Part shown: in pieces, positions 48,501 through 59,393 of the stretch
Layout of the letters: every line of letters begins with the position of its first letter
Numbering within the stretch: the stretch's first letter is position 1
NCBI GenBank assembly: GCA_964187785.1
Contig: OZ076417.1
Location: 48,174,001-48,238,000, forward strand
Direction of reading: 5' to 3'
DNA length: 64,000 nt
Source: Amphiscolops sp. MND2022
Lineage: Eukaryota
Notes under the pieces: model-generated
Told to the model about the DNA's origin: nothing
Seen by the model: the letters and a program-made list of their open reading frames with translations, nothing else
Database searches by the model: none
Program-made: the position numbers and the translations under genes

Positions 48501-49227
48501 ACGTAGAAGAATGATTAGACTGTTGGACTGCTCTCCGAAATTACATCTCGGTGCCAAACCTGTTAGGACGTTCCAGAATTGTTTAAGTGTTTCGATTTGC
48601 TGTTGTTTCCTCGATAAGAATTGATATCGGTCTAATGTTCCGTTTCTGGGTTTCACAAAGCAATTCTCACAAATTTCTTTAATTTCTCGAAAGTTGTCGT
48701 TGCCACAACCGTATACGGAAGTGTATCAGTGAGCTTTTTTTCCTGCAGATCCCAATGAAAGGGACACTATACTAGCTGTCTGTCTCTCTGCTGCTTGTTC
48801 GTTTAGGTTGTTGATTAATGCAGCCTGTTGTGGTCGTTGATCAGTTGGGGTCCTTATGAGTCTCGGGACGGAAATTGAGGGATTTGCGTTAACTGCCATA
48901 ACGAACAAATCCATCTCTTTTTTCATTCTGTTTTAGGTGGGCTTTCCACCACATCCTAAAATGCTGGTAACCCTGCCAGAGTTGACGATCCACTTGATCC
49001 TGGCTTCCAGTTCGAGTCTGTTGAATTCGCAGCGCCATGTTGGTGGTGAATCTACGACTGCTGATCGGCTAATCTAACGAAGATTGAAGAATGATAATAG
49101 TGTTGACATGAATGTATTACTGAAGGCTATGAAGACCATGTGGTGAATGATCTTGTGAATGACCATGTGGTTGATTATCTTTTTGTACAGTTCATGTTTG
49201 TAAATATACAATGAAATGCTGTCAACA
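48500..49227 (-). mobile_element. 5' fragment of a Mag-like Gypsy element: LTR, PBS and degraded gag
   Basis: LTR 49038-49227 (TGTTG...CAACA); PBS TGGCGCTGCGA at 49037-49027; gag motifs DLFVMAVNA and RYQFLSRKQQQIETLKQFWNVLTGLA. Confidence 0.85.
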
Positions 49228-49483
49228 ACTATATTCGTTTCATCCGTTGAGGAGTTCGAGAGATTAACTTAGCTCGCACAGACTGCCTTAGAGTTTTTCT
49301 GTGGCAACAGTATAGAAAAACAGCCCAGTGCCACTGCACTTGATATTTTCGTTTTCTTGTGGCTACGATTGTAGGATTAAATTATACTGTTTCTATCGGG
49401 TAAAGTGGTTGGGCATGGAGCGTTGCCGAAATCTTCATTGACCCAATATTAGTGTGGTCATAAGAAAACCGAGTTGTTTCATA

Positions 49484-49520
49484 AAACAAGCCGGGAACGA
49501 CCCAAGTCGGCCCCTTGCTC
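49484..49520 (+). repeat. Family A 5'-end fragment
   Basis: AAAACAAGCCGGGAACGACCCAAGTCGGC matches 33397-33424. Confidence 0.6.
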
Positions 49521-50884
49521 ACGGTTCGCTCACCATTCATAAAACATCAAGAAGCAATTTTTCGATAAAATTTTTGTCTAAAAACTTTTCCCTTCAGAAG
49601 CCAAATGTCTCAGAGTGCCGAAAAAAGAACTTTAAGCACGCAAAAAACTTTTTTCCACCCCGAAAGCATCAATGAAAATGAAAATGAAAATTTGCTTCGA
49701 AAAACGACATTGGAAAAATGGCTTTGCAAAAATGGTCTTTTTGCATTTTGATTTGCTCTGACTGCCTTTGCTGTAAATTATTGAGTATTTTAAGGGCTCT
49801 TTTAATTTCTGTTAATCACAGTCATTTTCTTCAATTTTCTTCACATTCTTCAGGTCTTAATTTCATAATCAGACCTATATAAGGACCCATACCCTGAGCT
49901 AAAGACAGTTGGGAGCTTGTTCTACCGCAGGTCTCAAATGCATGGATGGGCCCAAAACCTTCCCCAAGGTTTCCGGTTATTCTTATAATACTAAAAGGTT
50001 TCTGTTCTGGAGAGATTCCTGAGAAGTTTAATTCTGATGCCAGCAAAAAATTTCAAAAGCCTGTGACCGAAACGACAAAGTTGAATCAAATTTGAACACA
50101 TTTGAAATCAAAAAATTGTACATCATTTAAAAACAGTTCTAAACACTTTCAACGCATCGCTCCATTGACATTTTGTGAAATGGAATGAAGCATAGGTCAC
50201 AACTACGGAGGATGGTTTCCAAACGGATGAAGCATACATAGATTGCTATTACGGTGAATGCTCTACGTGTTGCCTTGTGTGTATGTTTTGGACCGAATTT
50301 CTCATTCCGTTCATTTTCAACTGGGGGAGGAATGGAAACTAGTACTTGAAACACATCTGAAAGTGTTTTATTTTTTTTTATCTAATGTCAGTATAAATTG
50401 ACAGACTTGTCACAAATGCGACTGAAGAGGATATTTGGAACTGTGCATCTTATAAAACTGAGAAACCTACAGGAAAGATTGACTATATACTACGATGTTG
50501 AATAGTTGAGACTTTTGAGGTGACGTCTTCTCCATGAAAAGCACTTGAGCAACTTATAATTTCCGCTACAGCATTATCATGGCTAATCAGGACAGCTGGG
50601 GTGAGTTTTTTTATCATGGCTAATCAATCATGAACTTTGATTGATACTGAGCGCATTCAACATGTTTCCACTCAAGAGTTTCCCATTATCTAGAAATGTT
50701 TACTTATAAGGGCAAGAAGTATAAGAGAATAAAACAAATTTCAAGTAAGGTTTGAGATTTGACGTGACTTTGTCACTTTGAAAACACAAACAGAGCAAAG
50801 TTGGCTCTCTAAAAAAAGGTTGCTTAAGGAGTGCAGTTTCTGGCGTTGAGTTCTCTGATAGTCGAATCATCGTAATTAGGCTCA

Positions 50885-50932
50885 ATTTTAGTCGGCGCAT
50901 TTTCCTTTAAAGGAAAAATGCCCGACCCTTAC
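50885..50932 (-). repeat. Family A 3' hairpin, reverse orientation
   Basis: AGTCGGCGCATTTTCCTTTAAAGGAAAAATGCCCGAC is the reverse complement of the 16781-16818 hairpin. Confidence 0.8.
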
Positions 50933-52466
50933 CGTGACATTTTATTTTTTTCTTCAGACCACAAACCTTGCTGAAGTACGGTCAGCGGAAACTTAGTTTT
51001 GTAACGTCAGGCATCCCGCCACAAAATTTCGATGAAAAATTCAATCAAGATGGCAGAAAGTGTGCGAGTCAAAATGGCCGACCTGGCAGGTCCCTGAAAT
51101 CGAAGAGGAGACAGAAAAACAAAAAAGAGACCCCACAACTCCCTTGAAACCCCGAATCAAAGACATTGCAGTCCCAGTGTCTCCTCCGAAAATGCCACAA
51201 GATTTACCCGAAATCAGTAGAAGCCCATTTATGGGTCCCGGCCAGAGCATCAAATCATCATGAAGACGTCCGAAGAACTCTGCGCAGTTAATTCTGTTGT
51301 AATTAATGTTATTTAGCAGATTAGTAATGGTGCCGGATCTGCCAGTTCTATACTTTTGTGATTTTTGCATACTTGCTATGGAAATAATGAATTTCGCCCA
51401 AATCGGCCTTTTGACCGCAGAAGCATGTGGGAGATAGCAGGATGACTTATTATTGTTTTTACAGGCTTGTGGGACGTGTCCGGACTTTGAGCGCGCCGGC
51501 ACGTCGCCACGGAGCTCTAATTAGAGGATTCTCCTTAGACGTTTGGAAAAGTCCCCTTGGAGACCGTTAGGGACTGTAACGGCTGCTTGCCCTGATCCTG
51601 CGCTGAGGCTTGACAAACTTTACGCCGCCCTGATCCGTTGCTTAGCACTGTGGACCGTTACTAAACAAATATAGTTTTTTATTAAAGGACTGTATCTTTG
51701 ACTGGTGGGTCCGATGTGACCCGTGGAATCTCCTGCGATCCCGCTTTGCACTGATTTGGATCCGATGTTATCCTGCACACACTTCCCTCACTGTATCTTC
51801 ACACGCTCTGGCTCTCCAACTATGAGGGTATCAACTTAGTCGCTCTAACTCTAGCGAAAAGTTGTGAAGATTGAGAAGTTGATTAACTAGTCTCGCGGTC
51901 CTGAGACCCAACTTGACTATAGCTATTCAGTGGAGAAAGACTCTATCTAATAATGATATACATATCGTTTACAATTCTACAGTAAATATAAGCAAATACC
52001 CGTTGAAATATGTTGAATAAATAAATGACATTTAAAGCATAAAATGGAGTTATTTGCTAAGTAAACAAACTATGTGGTGGTTTTGGCATGTTGGTTAGGT
52101 GGGCTAGAAAGTATGATTACACAATGTAAATGTCATTAAATTCATCAGAGTTACATTTCCCTCAACGTCATAGGAGAAAATCTTATAATAATTATTACAT
52201 CAAAAGTGGGTAATTCATGGGGTCCGACTTATGTCACTTTGGGTGTTAATTGCTCTGAACCCAGGGGAGATACGAGGTTCAGTGTTCCGAGTGAGAAGTT
52301 GAGTTAGCCCTCTAGTATATACATGCTAAGTTCCAGGGTCATTGGACAAAGGCTTCTCGAAGAGGGGGGGTGGTGTTTTTTCCCTCAGGCATATTTCTGC
52401 TGAAACTTGTAATTTTCCAACTCAAATCTTGACAATGTTTCTAAGTGTTTTGAGTTGTAAGTTTCA

Positions 52467-52832
52467 TCAGTCACGTTCGAATTTGAGTTTCTGATCTCGC
52501 AATTGACTTTCGTAGAGCATGGGTGCCAGTTTCACTACTGGTATTTTGAGTTTTCCATCTTCAATTTCCACCAGCGCTGATCTCACTCGCCCATCGCTTC
52601 CGTGATAGACTTCTAACACTCTCCCCATCTTGTATTGTGCTCTTTTCACGTTCTCATCCACTATCCAAACCAAATCATTGACTTCAAGTTGTCGAACTCC
52701 TTCTTTGATGCATTTTCCAAAAGAGCCACGTTGCTTCATCACTTCTTCCCATATTGGGGCCGGCCCTAAGCAAGGTCCAATTTTACAACTTGTTGTTGTT
52801 CGGGCTTTTGAAGAACCCATTCTCGTTTCCAT
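52467..52832 (-). pseudogene. BEL/Pao integrase C-terminal (DUF5641-like) fragment
   Basis: LEVNDLVWIVDENVKRAQYKMGRVLEVYHGSDGRVRSALV. Confidence 0.85.
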
Positions 52833-53873
52833 CAGTGATATTTGACTGCAAATTCATCTGTCGACTTTTTTGCTTCTAGTATGCCATCTTGATTCAGTTG
52901 AACCCCTTCGTCCATTTTATCTAATAGGTATGAGCTATGTTCAAATTTCCAAGCTCGTTTTTCGAATTGCTTGCCGTGACCACTGCTCAGTTGAGCGTAC
53001 ACATTAGGGTTAGCTTGTGCCATTGCATCCATTCCCGAGTTTCCACTACCTAACCAGTTGTTACAATTTTCATTGTCGTTCGGAATAATTTTGTCCAGCA
53101 GTTTTTCTTTCAGCTCAACATCAAGTTTTCTCCAAAATGACATCTTTACGGCTTTTGCTCCGTCACTTGCGTTGTCATTATACGGTTGGTTGCGTTCGAA
53201 CAATCACTGGAGTGTCTTCGATACATCGCTTTTCCTCTTGAAAATTCATGAAGTTCGACTTGACACTCTTTTACGAATTCAACCATTTTGTTCATTTGAG
53301 AACACTTTATTCCCTCTTCACGTGTTAAGGTCTTGGCAGCGAACTTCACGGCTTGCATCTGAGTTGGTTGCTTTTCTTCGACATGTTGTCGTACAGAGGC
53401 GACATCTATATTCTCTCTCAGCAAATCAAGCTTCACACTAAATTCTTCCAAGGTTCGGATGTTTGATTTAATTGCAAAACTTTCATGTCCGTCCTTTTCT
53501 TCTGTAAATGAGAAACCTATATTTTTGTCTTGTTTGACTACCACATGGTCACCCACAGCTAGGTGCATTTCATCTTGCCAAATTTGCTAGGTTTCCAAGA
53601 AGAGGCATTTAGTACTGACTTCCTGCCAGTTCCTACAACGAATATGTCTGGTGAGTTCTCCGTAATTTCCTTGGACATTTCGGATACGCTGCTGTGGGAA
53701 GTATACGATTCCATGCCCCACCGAGTTTTCATCTGATCCACCAATGGATCCACATCTGCAAAACCAAAACTTTCAGTGGCGAGCTTCGCAGTCTCTGATT
53801 GAGTCAATGGTCCACTGAGCATCCATCCCAGTTTTGTCAATACGGCCCAAGGTCTCGACTTTCCACATTTTCT

Positions 53874-56786
53874 TTACCCAATGGCTCTATGCAAGTGGTA
53901 ACAATCTTGCCCCAGGATAACTTTGACATCTCCCAAGTTGACTGTAGAGGAGTCCTTCAATTCGGACCGGTGAGCATATGTTTCCTTCAATGTCTTGAGA
54001 TCGTACGATCGATTTCCCGCATTTACGTTAGTTTGGCTATAGGCCATGATATCTTTGACTTTTCCGTCTTGATCCCCAATCTTGACCCGAAGTCGTTTGT
54101 CACTAATATCGGACATTCCATGAATCCCTGCCACATTCAAATCCACTGGTTGTCCCATCAGATTTACCGTTTTCATCAAGCTCTCTTCCTCAGAGGACAG
54201 GCTTGCCCCAGAGTCGCACAAAGCGAACGTTTTCAGTGTTTTACTTCCACTGCCTATCGTTACTGGGATAACTGGAAGCACTCCACTGCTTCTCATTGAT
54301 GACAGGTTAGAGACCTCTTCAACATTTTCAACATTTTGCATCTGTTCCTCGTTTTTATAAGGTCGGTGTAGCAATCGGTGATGAGGTTTTCCGCAACCAT
54401 TGACGTCGCAGAGTCTACCAGAGCAATCTCTCATCTGATGTGCGTCTGACAAGCATTTGGAGCACAGCTTCAATTCTTTCGCCTTTTGTCCTCTTTCTTC
54501 GACGTTCATCTTCTTGAATTTCCCACATTTCGATATCAGATGTTGACCATCTTTCAATACACACTCTCGCTGAGTTTTCGAATTGTCATTTGTTGCATTT
54601 GTTGCTGATGTTGCAAACGTAGAGCCTTCGGCCTCTTCCTTGTACCTCGTTTTTGCGCGATCAGCATTTGGATTCGAATACAATAGCAATTCTTCTTGAA
54701 CATCTGCTATATCATTGAGCCACTCACTGAATACAGCGAGTCCATGTTGATACAGGTTCATTTGCTTCACATAAGTGAACCACTTCGTTTTCATGTCTAG
54801 CGTTAAGTTCTTTGTGGCACTGCCCAGAACTCCTTCTGAGTTTAGGTCTCCCACGTAGTTGATTTGTGTCAAAACATTCACGCAACTCGACACTATTCTC
54901 GCGAACTTGATCAATGCTGCTCCGTCATATGGTTTCATCGGTGGAAAGGAGTAAATTCGATTCAGCTGAGCATTCACAACCATCTGCGGTTTTCCAAAGT
55001 TTCGAACTAGAACGTTCCACGCCACATTGTACATCTCAGCGGTGTACCCAAGGCCAGCAATCGCCTCTTTGGCTTTGCCCGTTACCATCGTCTTCAGGTG
55101 ATTCATCTTTACACTGTCGTCTATATTTGCTGCGTGGACGGTTGCTTGAAATAGTTGTGACCACTCTGGCCACTCCAACGGGTGTCCTGAGAATTCTGCC
55201 AACTTCAGTTTTGGCAAGTTAGATCTGATGAAGTAGTCATCTCTTGCATTTCAGGCAAAGTTTGGCATTTGATTTAGCACTGCTAAATTTAGCACTGCTT
55301 GGCAAGTACTGCTTCTGTGTGTTCATAAACTGTGGTACTTGAAATGCACTCTGGATCCTTCCAAACGTAGGCGGTAACTGATTCTGGCCTGCATTAAGGG
55401 TCACTGACGGCTTCGAAGTGGCAAATTTCACGTCTAATTGTGCTGTTGCTCTTTGACTACCAACACCTATGACAGTCTTTGTTCCGTCCTTTCCAATATC
55501 TCGCACAGCGGCTTCTGTGGACATGACCGGTTTCAATGAAGACTTCAAGTCCCTCACTTGCGCAGAGCTTTGTCCTCCATGCATCGATTGTACTATAATC
55601 ACTGGTGCTGAGACGGACGTTTGCGGGTGTACTGATGGCGCGTTAATCAACGATGCTACGTTTTCAGCTTCTTCTGTCTTGTCCATCCAACCTGAGACTT
55701 TCGTCGGATTGTATTGTCATCTGGAGTCCCGACTTGTGAGATGCTTCTCAAGCTAGAGCCACGACTGCTCGACACTTTCGCTCTTTCTATTTTTTTAGGC
55801 TATTCTAGCTTTGCGAGCCAACTCTTCTTGCAAGTCAGCTATTTCCTTTTGTTTCAGTTCCGTCAGGCGAGCTTGCAGTTCTTCTTGCTCTTTCGAAGCT
55901 TTTATCTCCAGATCAAGGATTCGTCCTACACTTGACGTTTCCGAGAACACAGAGGTTTTGTTGTTGTTGTTTTTCCCACCTTGCGAATTTATGCTCAATT
56001 CTTCTATTGGCTGTGATCTAGCCCCTTTTTGTGGCTCTTGGAAGTCACCCGCATTATGAACATTGTCTTCTTTTTGCTCATCCTCTGGTTGTGGTTCCTT
56101 TTGTGGTGAAGTGTTGTGGGACTTTAGTTGTTGCTTTTGATAATTCACAAGAGATAAGATTCCTTCCAAGCGGTGCAGTTCACGGTAGAGCGAAGTATCT
56201 CCACCAAGCTTCAACATCCCATTCGTTTCAACCACGATCTCAGCTCTCCTTTTGAGAATTTCTTCATTGTTTTCTAATAATGTCTGTGATCCTCTGAAGT
56301 GCAAGGCGCATCTCGATTCTTTTCGATTTCATCTTCGTTTTTGGCAATCATTTTATCACAGTTCTCTGTGGAGTTTTGAAGCTGTAGAAACTCCTTCAAC
56401 TGTCCTTCATCTTTTAGGCTTCGCATCATTGTGATCATATGACCAATGTTTTTACTTCGTCCTTCCGAGGACGTTAATTCATCACGATACTTGGATAACC
56501 TGTCGCTTTTATTATCTGTCCATTCTAGCTGATACTTGGCTTTCAAGAACACTTTGTTCGCCTCGAAGAGTTTCTCCAATCTGGTTAGTAGGTCTTGCCG
56601 CTTTGGCAGGAGATCTGCAAGTTGCTCCTTTGTCACGTTGTCTTTACGCAGCTCAGCATGTATTGTGTCCACTTTTGCCTCAAACATCTGAATTGCTTTC
56701 ATGTTGCTCTCGCATTGTGGCTTGTCCATAGAGCTCTTCAAATAGTTGTCGATTTTTTTGTAATCAATTCTCTTTGGATCAGCCAT
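53874..56786 (-). pseudogene. BEL/Pao gag-protease, broken into ORFs 56274-56786, 55795-56304, 55237-55686 and 53874-55217
   Basis: DUF1759-like PKLKLAEFSGHPLEWPEW, three Cys/His knuckles (C..CL...H, CDVNGCGKPHH) and protease ALCDSGAS. Confidence 0.9.
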
Positions 56787-56820
56787 CTCTTCACTTTTAA
56801 ATTGAATTTAGTTCTCAAAG

Positions 56821-57010
56821 TCACAATAGCCCAGTCTCCCAGAGACACAGTAGCCCAATTTCCCAGAGACACAGTAGCCCAATTTCCCAGAGACACAGTA
56901 GCCCAATCTCCCAGAAACACAATAGCCCAATCCCCCAGAGACACAATATCCCAATCTCCCAGAGACACAGTTGCCCAAACTCCCAGAGACACAAAATCAG
57001 AGACTCCAAG
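56821..57010. repeat. 24-bp minisatellite in the BEL 5' leader
   Basis: About 7-8 copies of AGTAGCCCAATTTCCCAGAGACAC, degrading rightwards. Confidence 0.92.
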
Positions 57011-57089
57011 ATCCAGACCTTTGTTCTCCTTGGGCAATCTTCTCAGTTGTCCACCAACGAGTCGTCTTCGTCCTCGTCTTGTTCTTCTA

Positions 57090-57181
57090 GTCCGGGTCGT
57101 CCACCAACGAGTTGTCCGGGTCGGCGGACCAACGAGTTGTCCGTGTCGTCCACCAACGAGTCGTCCGGGTCGGCGGACCAA
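57090..57181 (-). repeat. Tandem array of PBS-like units
   Basis: TTGGTCCGCCGACCCGGAC alternates with TTGGTGGACGAC(A/C)CGGAC, separated by (G/A)ACTCG; four units. Confidence 0.9.
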
Positions 57182-58224
57182 ATGTAACGGCTGCTTGCCC
57201 TTATCCTGCGCTGAGGCTTGACAAACTTTACGCCGCCCTGATCCGTTGCTTAGTACTGTGGACCGTTACTAAACAAATCCTGGTTTTCTTGTTTAAAGGG
57301 CTGTATCTTTGACTGGTCCGATGTGACCGGTGGAATCTCCTGCGATCCCGCTTTGCACTGATTTGGATCCGATGTGATCCTGCACACACTTCCCTCACTG
57401 TATCTTCACGCGCTCCGTCTCTCCAACTATGAGAGTAGCTACTTAGTCGCTCTAACTCTAGCGAAAAGTTGTGAAGATTGAGAAGTTGGTTAACTAGTCT
57501 CGCGGTCCTGAGACCCAACTTGACTATAGCTATTCAGTGGAGAAAATCTCTAACTATTAATGGTATACAAATCGTTTACAATTCTACAGTAAATATAAGC
57601 AAATATCCGTTGAAATATGTTGTAGAAAAAAATGACTTTTAAAGCATAAAATGAAGTTATTGGTTAAGTAATCAAACTATGTGGTGGTTTTGGCATGTTG
57701 GTTAGGTGGGCTAGAAAGTTTTTTTACACAATGTAAATATCATTAATTTCATCAGAGTTATATTTCCTTCAAGGTCATATGAGAAAAAAATAATTAATAC
57801 ACCAAAATTGGGTAATTCATGGGGTCCGACTCAGGTCACTTTGGGTGTTAATTGCTCTGAACCCAGGGGAGATACGAGGTTGGGTGTTCTGAGTGAGAAG
57901 TTGAGTTAGCACTTCTAGTGTATACATGCTAAGTTTCATGGTCATTGGACGAGTACTTCTCAAAAAAAGGGGTGGTGTTTTTTCCCTCAGGCATATTCCT
58001 GCTGAAACTTGTGATTTTCCAACTCAAATCTTGACAGTTTCTGAGTGTTTTGAGTTGTAAGTTTCATCAGTCACGTTCAAATTTGAGTTTGTGATCTCGC
58101 AATGGACTGGCGCCAACAGGGACTAAAAAGCTAATGTCTAGATTGTAGTAAGACTCTGGTCGCCTGTTTAATCAATCTAGGCATTTTCCCAATTCTAGGA
58201 TGTCACTGTTAGCTTGACGTTACA

Positions 58225-58670
58225 TTCAAATGGTCCCCCTTTAATTTTTTACTTTTTTAACGTTATCTACAAAACCGGACGAGACTAAAGGGTCCCCTTT
58301 TCATTTTTTGGCACTTGCGACTTTTTTTTCAGTTTTTTTATGTCTCCAAGTGGTTCCCTTTTGAGTTTTTGATTTTTTGCAGCAGAATGTATATTAATAA
58401 ATCCCAAAGGCCCCTTTTACATTTTTTGGCACTATGCGGCATTTTCCCAAAGAAGAACATCTGAAGTTCTTTTTTGGAAAAAAAGTATTTTTTTTTGTTC
58501 CCAGTTGGGGAAAAGTGGTTTCCGAGTCTTATCGAGCATGAAAGGCAGTCTTTTTGCGCATCGAAACTCTTTTCTGAGCTGTTCATTAATACGTCGTGGA
58601 TATATTTTGAAAACTTTGCGCTTTTTGAACCTTAGATATAGCGCCAACTTTAAACAGTATCGTCTTGTTT
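58225..58670 (-). repeat. Dispersed repeat family A, copy 3
   Basis: Reverse complement of AAACAAGACG...AAGTTGGCGCTATATCTAAGG, with GGTCCCC(C)TTT internal repeats. Confidence 0.8.
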
Positions 58671-59393
58671 TTTTTTCTTAATAAAATGAAAAGTATTGCG
58701 TCTCAGTTTTATGGCATCGTCTCCAAGCTTTATGGTCCGTGTTTTCCCACGCATAATCTTGGAGAATACCAAAAATCTTAAAACCAAACCAATCACAATA
58801 CTAGTCAGGTTATGGAATCTTCTTGCAGTGTTTCTTCAAACTCGAGAAACAAAGGATGAAGTTCATCAACATAATTGGGTCAAGTTGGTCAGATCGAGAT
58901 TTTTAAGAGCCACTTCACTAGATCTTAATTACCCCTACTGACCAAAAACTGACCTCAAGGACTGCCAAGGATTCCGAACGACTGATAAGGACTGGTCACG
59001 TCCTGGACTAGACTTTGCAAGTGCCACTTTTGGTATCACAAGATCTGGGCCAGTACTTACCAGTTCTTTGAAATCCTGGAGCAGTCCTTGCCAGTCCTGA
59101 AGAATCCAGGGGCTGAAGAATCTCGCGAGTACTGAAGCAGATTTCAACCGGTAACGGCTTGCCACTTGGAAGCATCTTTTAGAGACTATATTAGGGCATT
59201 CAGTGCGCATATTAATGAAGGATTGGCTACGAGATCCTTCAAAATTCGAATCAGGTCCTTATAAAAACCGAGTTTTTTCTAGACTTCGCTTACCAACTGA
59301 TAATAGTAATATAATGTTCCAGAAGTCGCTGAATCTTCCTTTCCAGGTATTCACTAAGTCATGTAGTGGTACTGGAACAGTTCACTCAAAAAG

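Larger units (their letters stand above)
51575..58118 (-). mobile_element. BEL/Pao LTR retrotransposon, internally deleted
   Basis: LTRs at 57183-58118 and 51575-52508 (the latter lacks its first few bases and the PPT), TSD GGGAC (51570-51574 and 58119-58123), and a tRNA-Tyr-like PBS TGGTCCGCCGACCCGGA at 57180-57164. The LTRs are visibly diverged. Confidence 0.95.
51459..58222 (+). repeat. Family B, copy 3, split by the BEL/Pao insertion (51459-51574 and 58119-58222)
   Basis: The family B sequence stops at GGGAC and resumes colinearly after the second GGGAC. Confidence 0.8.

Noticed and set aside
49027-49040. ATG at the LTR/PBS junction of the Mag fragment as a second case of a junction-initiated gag
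   Set aside because: The recognisable gag motifs are in other frames and the copy is too degraded to establish the original frame.
49831-51502. ORFs 49831-50046, 50139-50354, 51041-51502 and 51060-51263 as exons of another gene (one looks slightly like a GPCR TM6)
   Set aside because: No convincing motifs or consistent splice phases; 51041-51502 begins inside a family B repeat.
56821-57181. Regular 24-bp repeats resembling a CRISPR array
   Set aside because: The units are head-to-tail with no unique spacers, there are no cas genes, and they sit inside a eukaryotic retrotransposon leader.
58945-59100. Imperfect inverted repeat CAAGGACTGC...GCAGTCCTTG upstream of GALNT
   Set aside because: Short, with no TSD or second copy; cannot be distinguished from a decayed MITE or chance.
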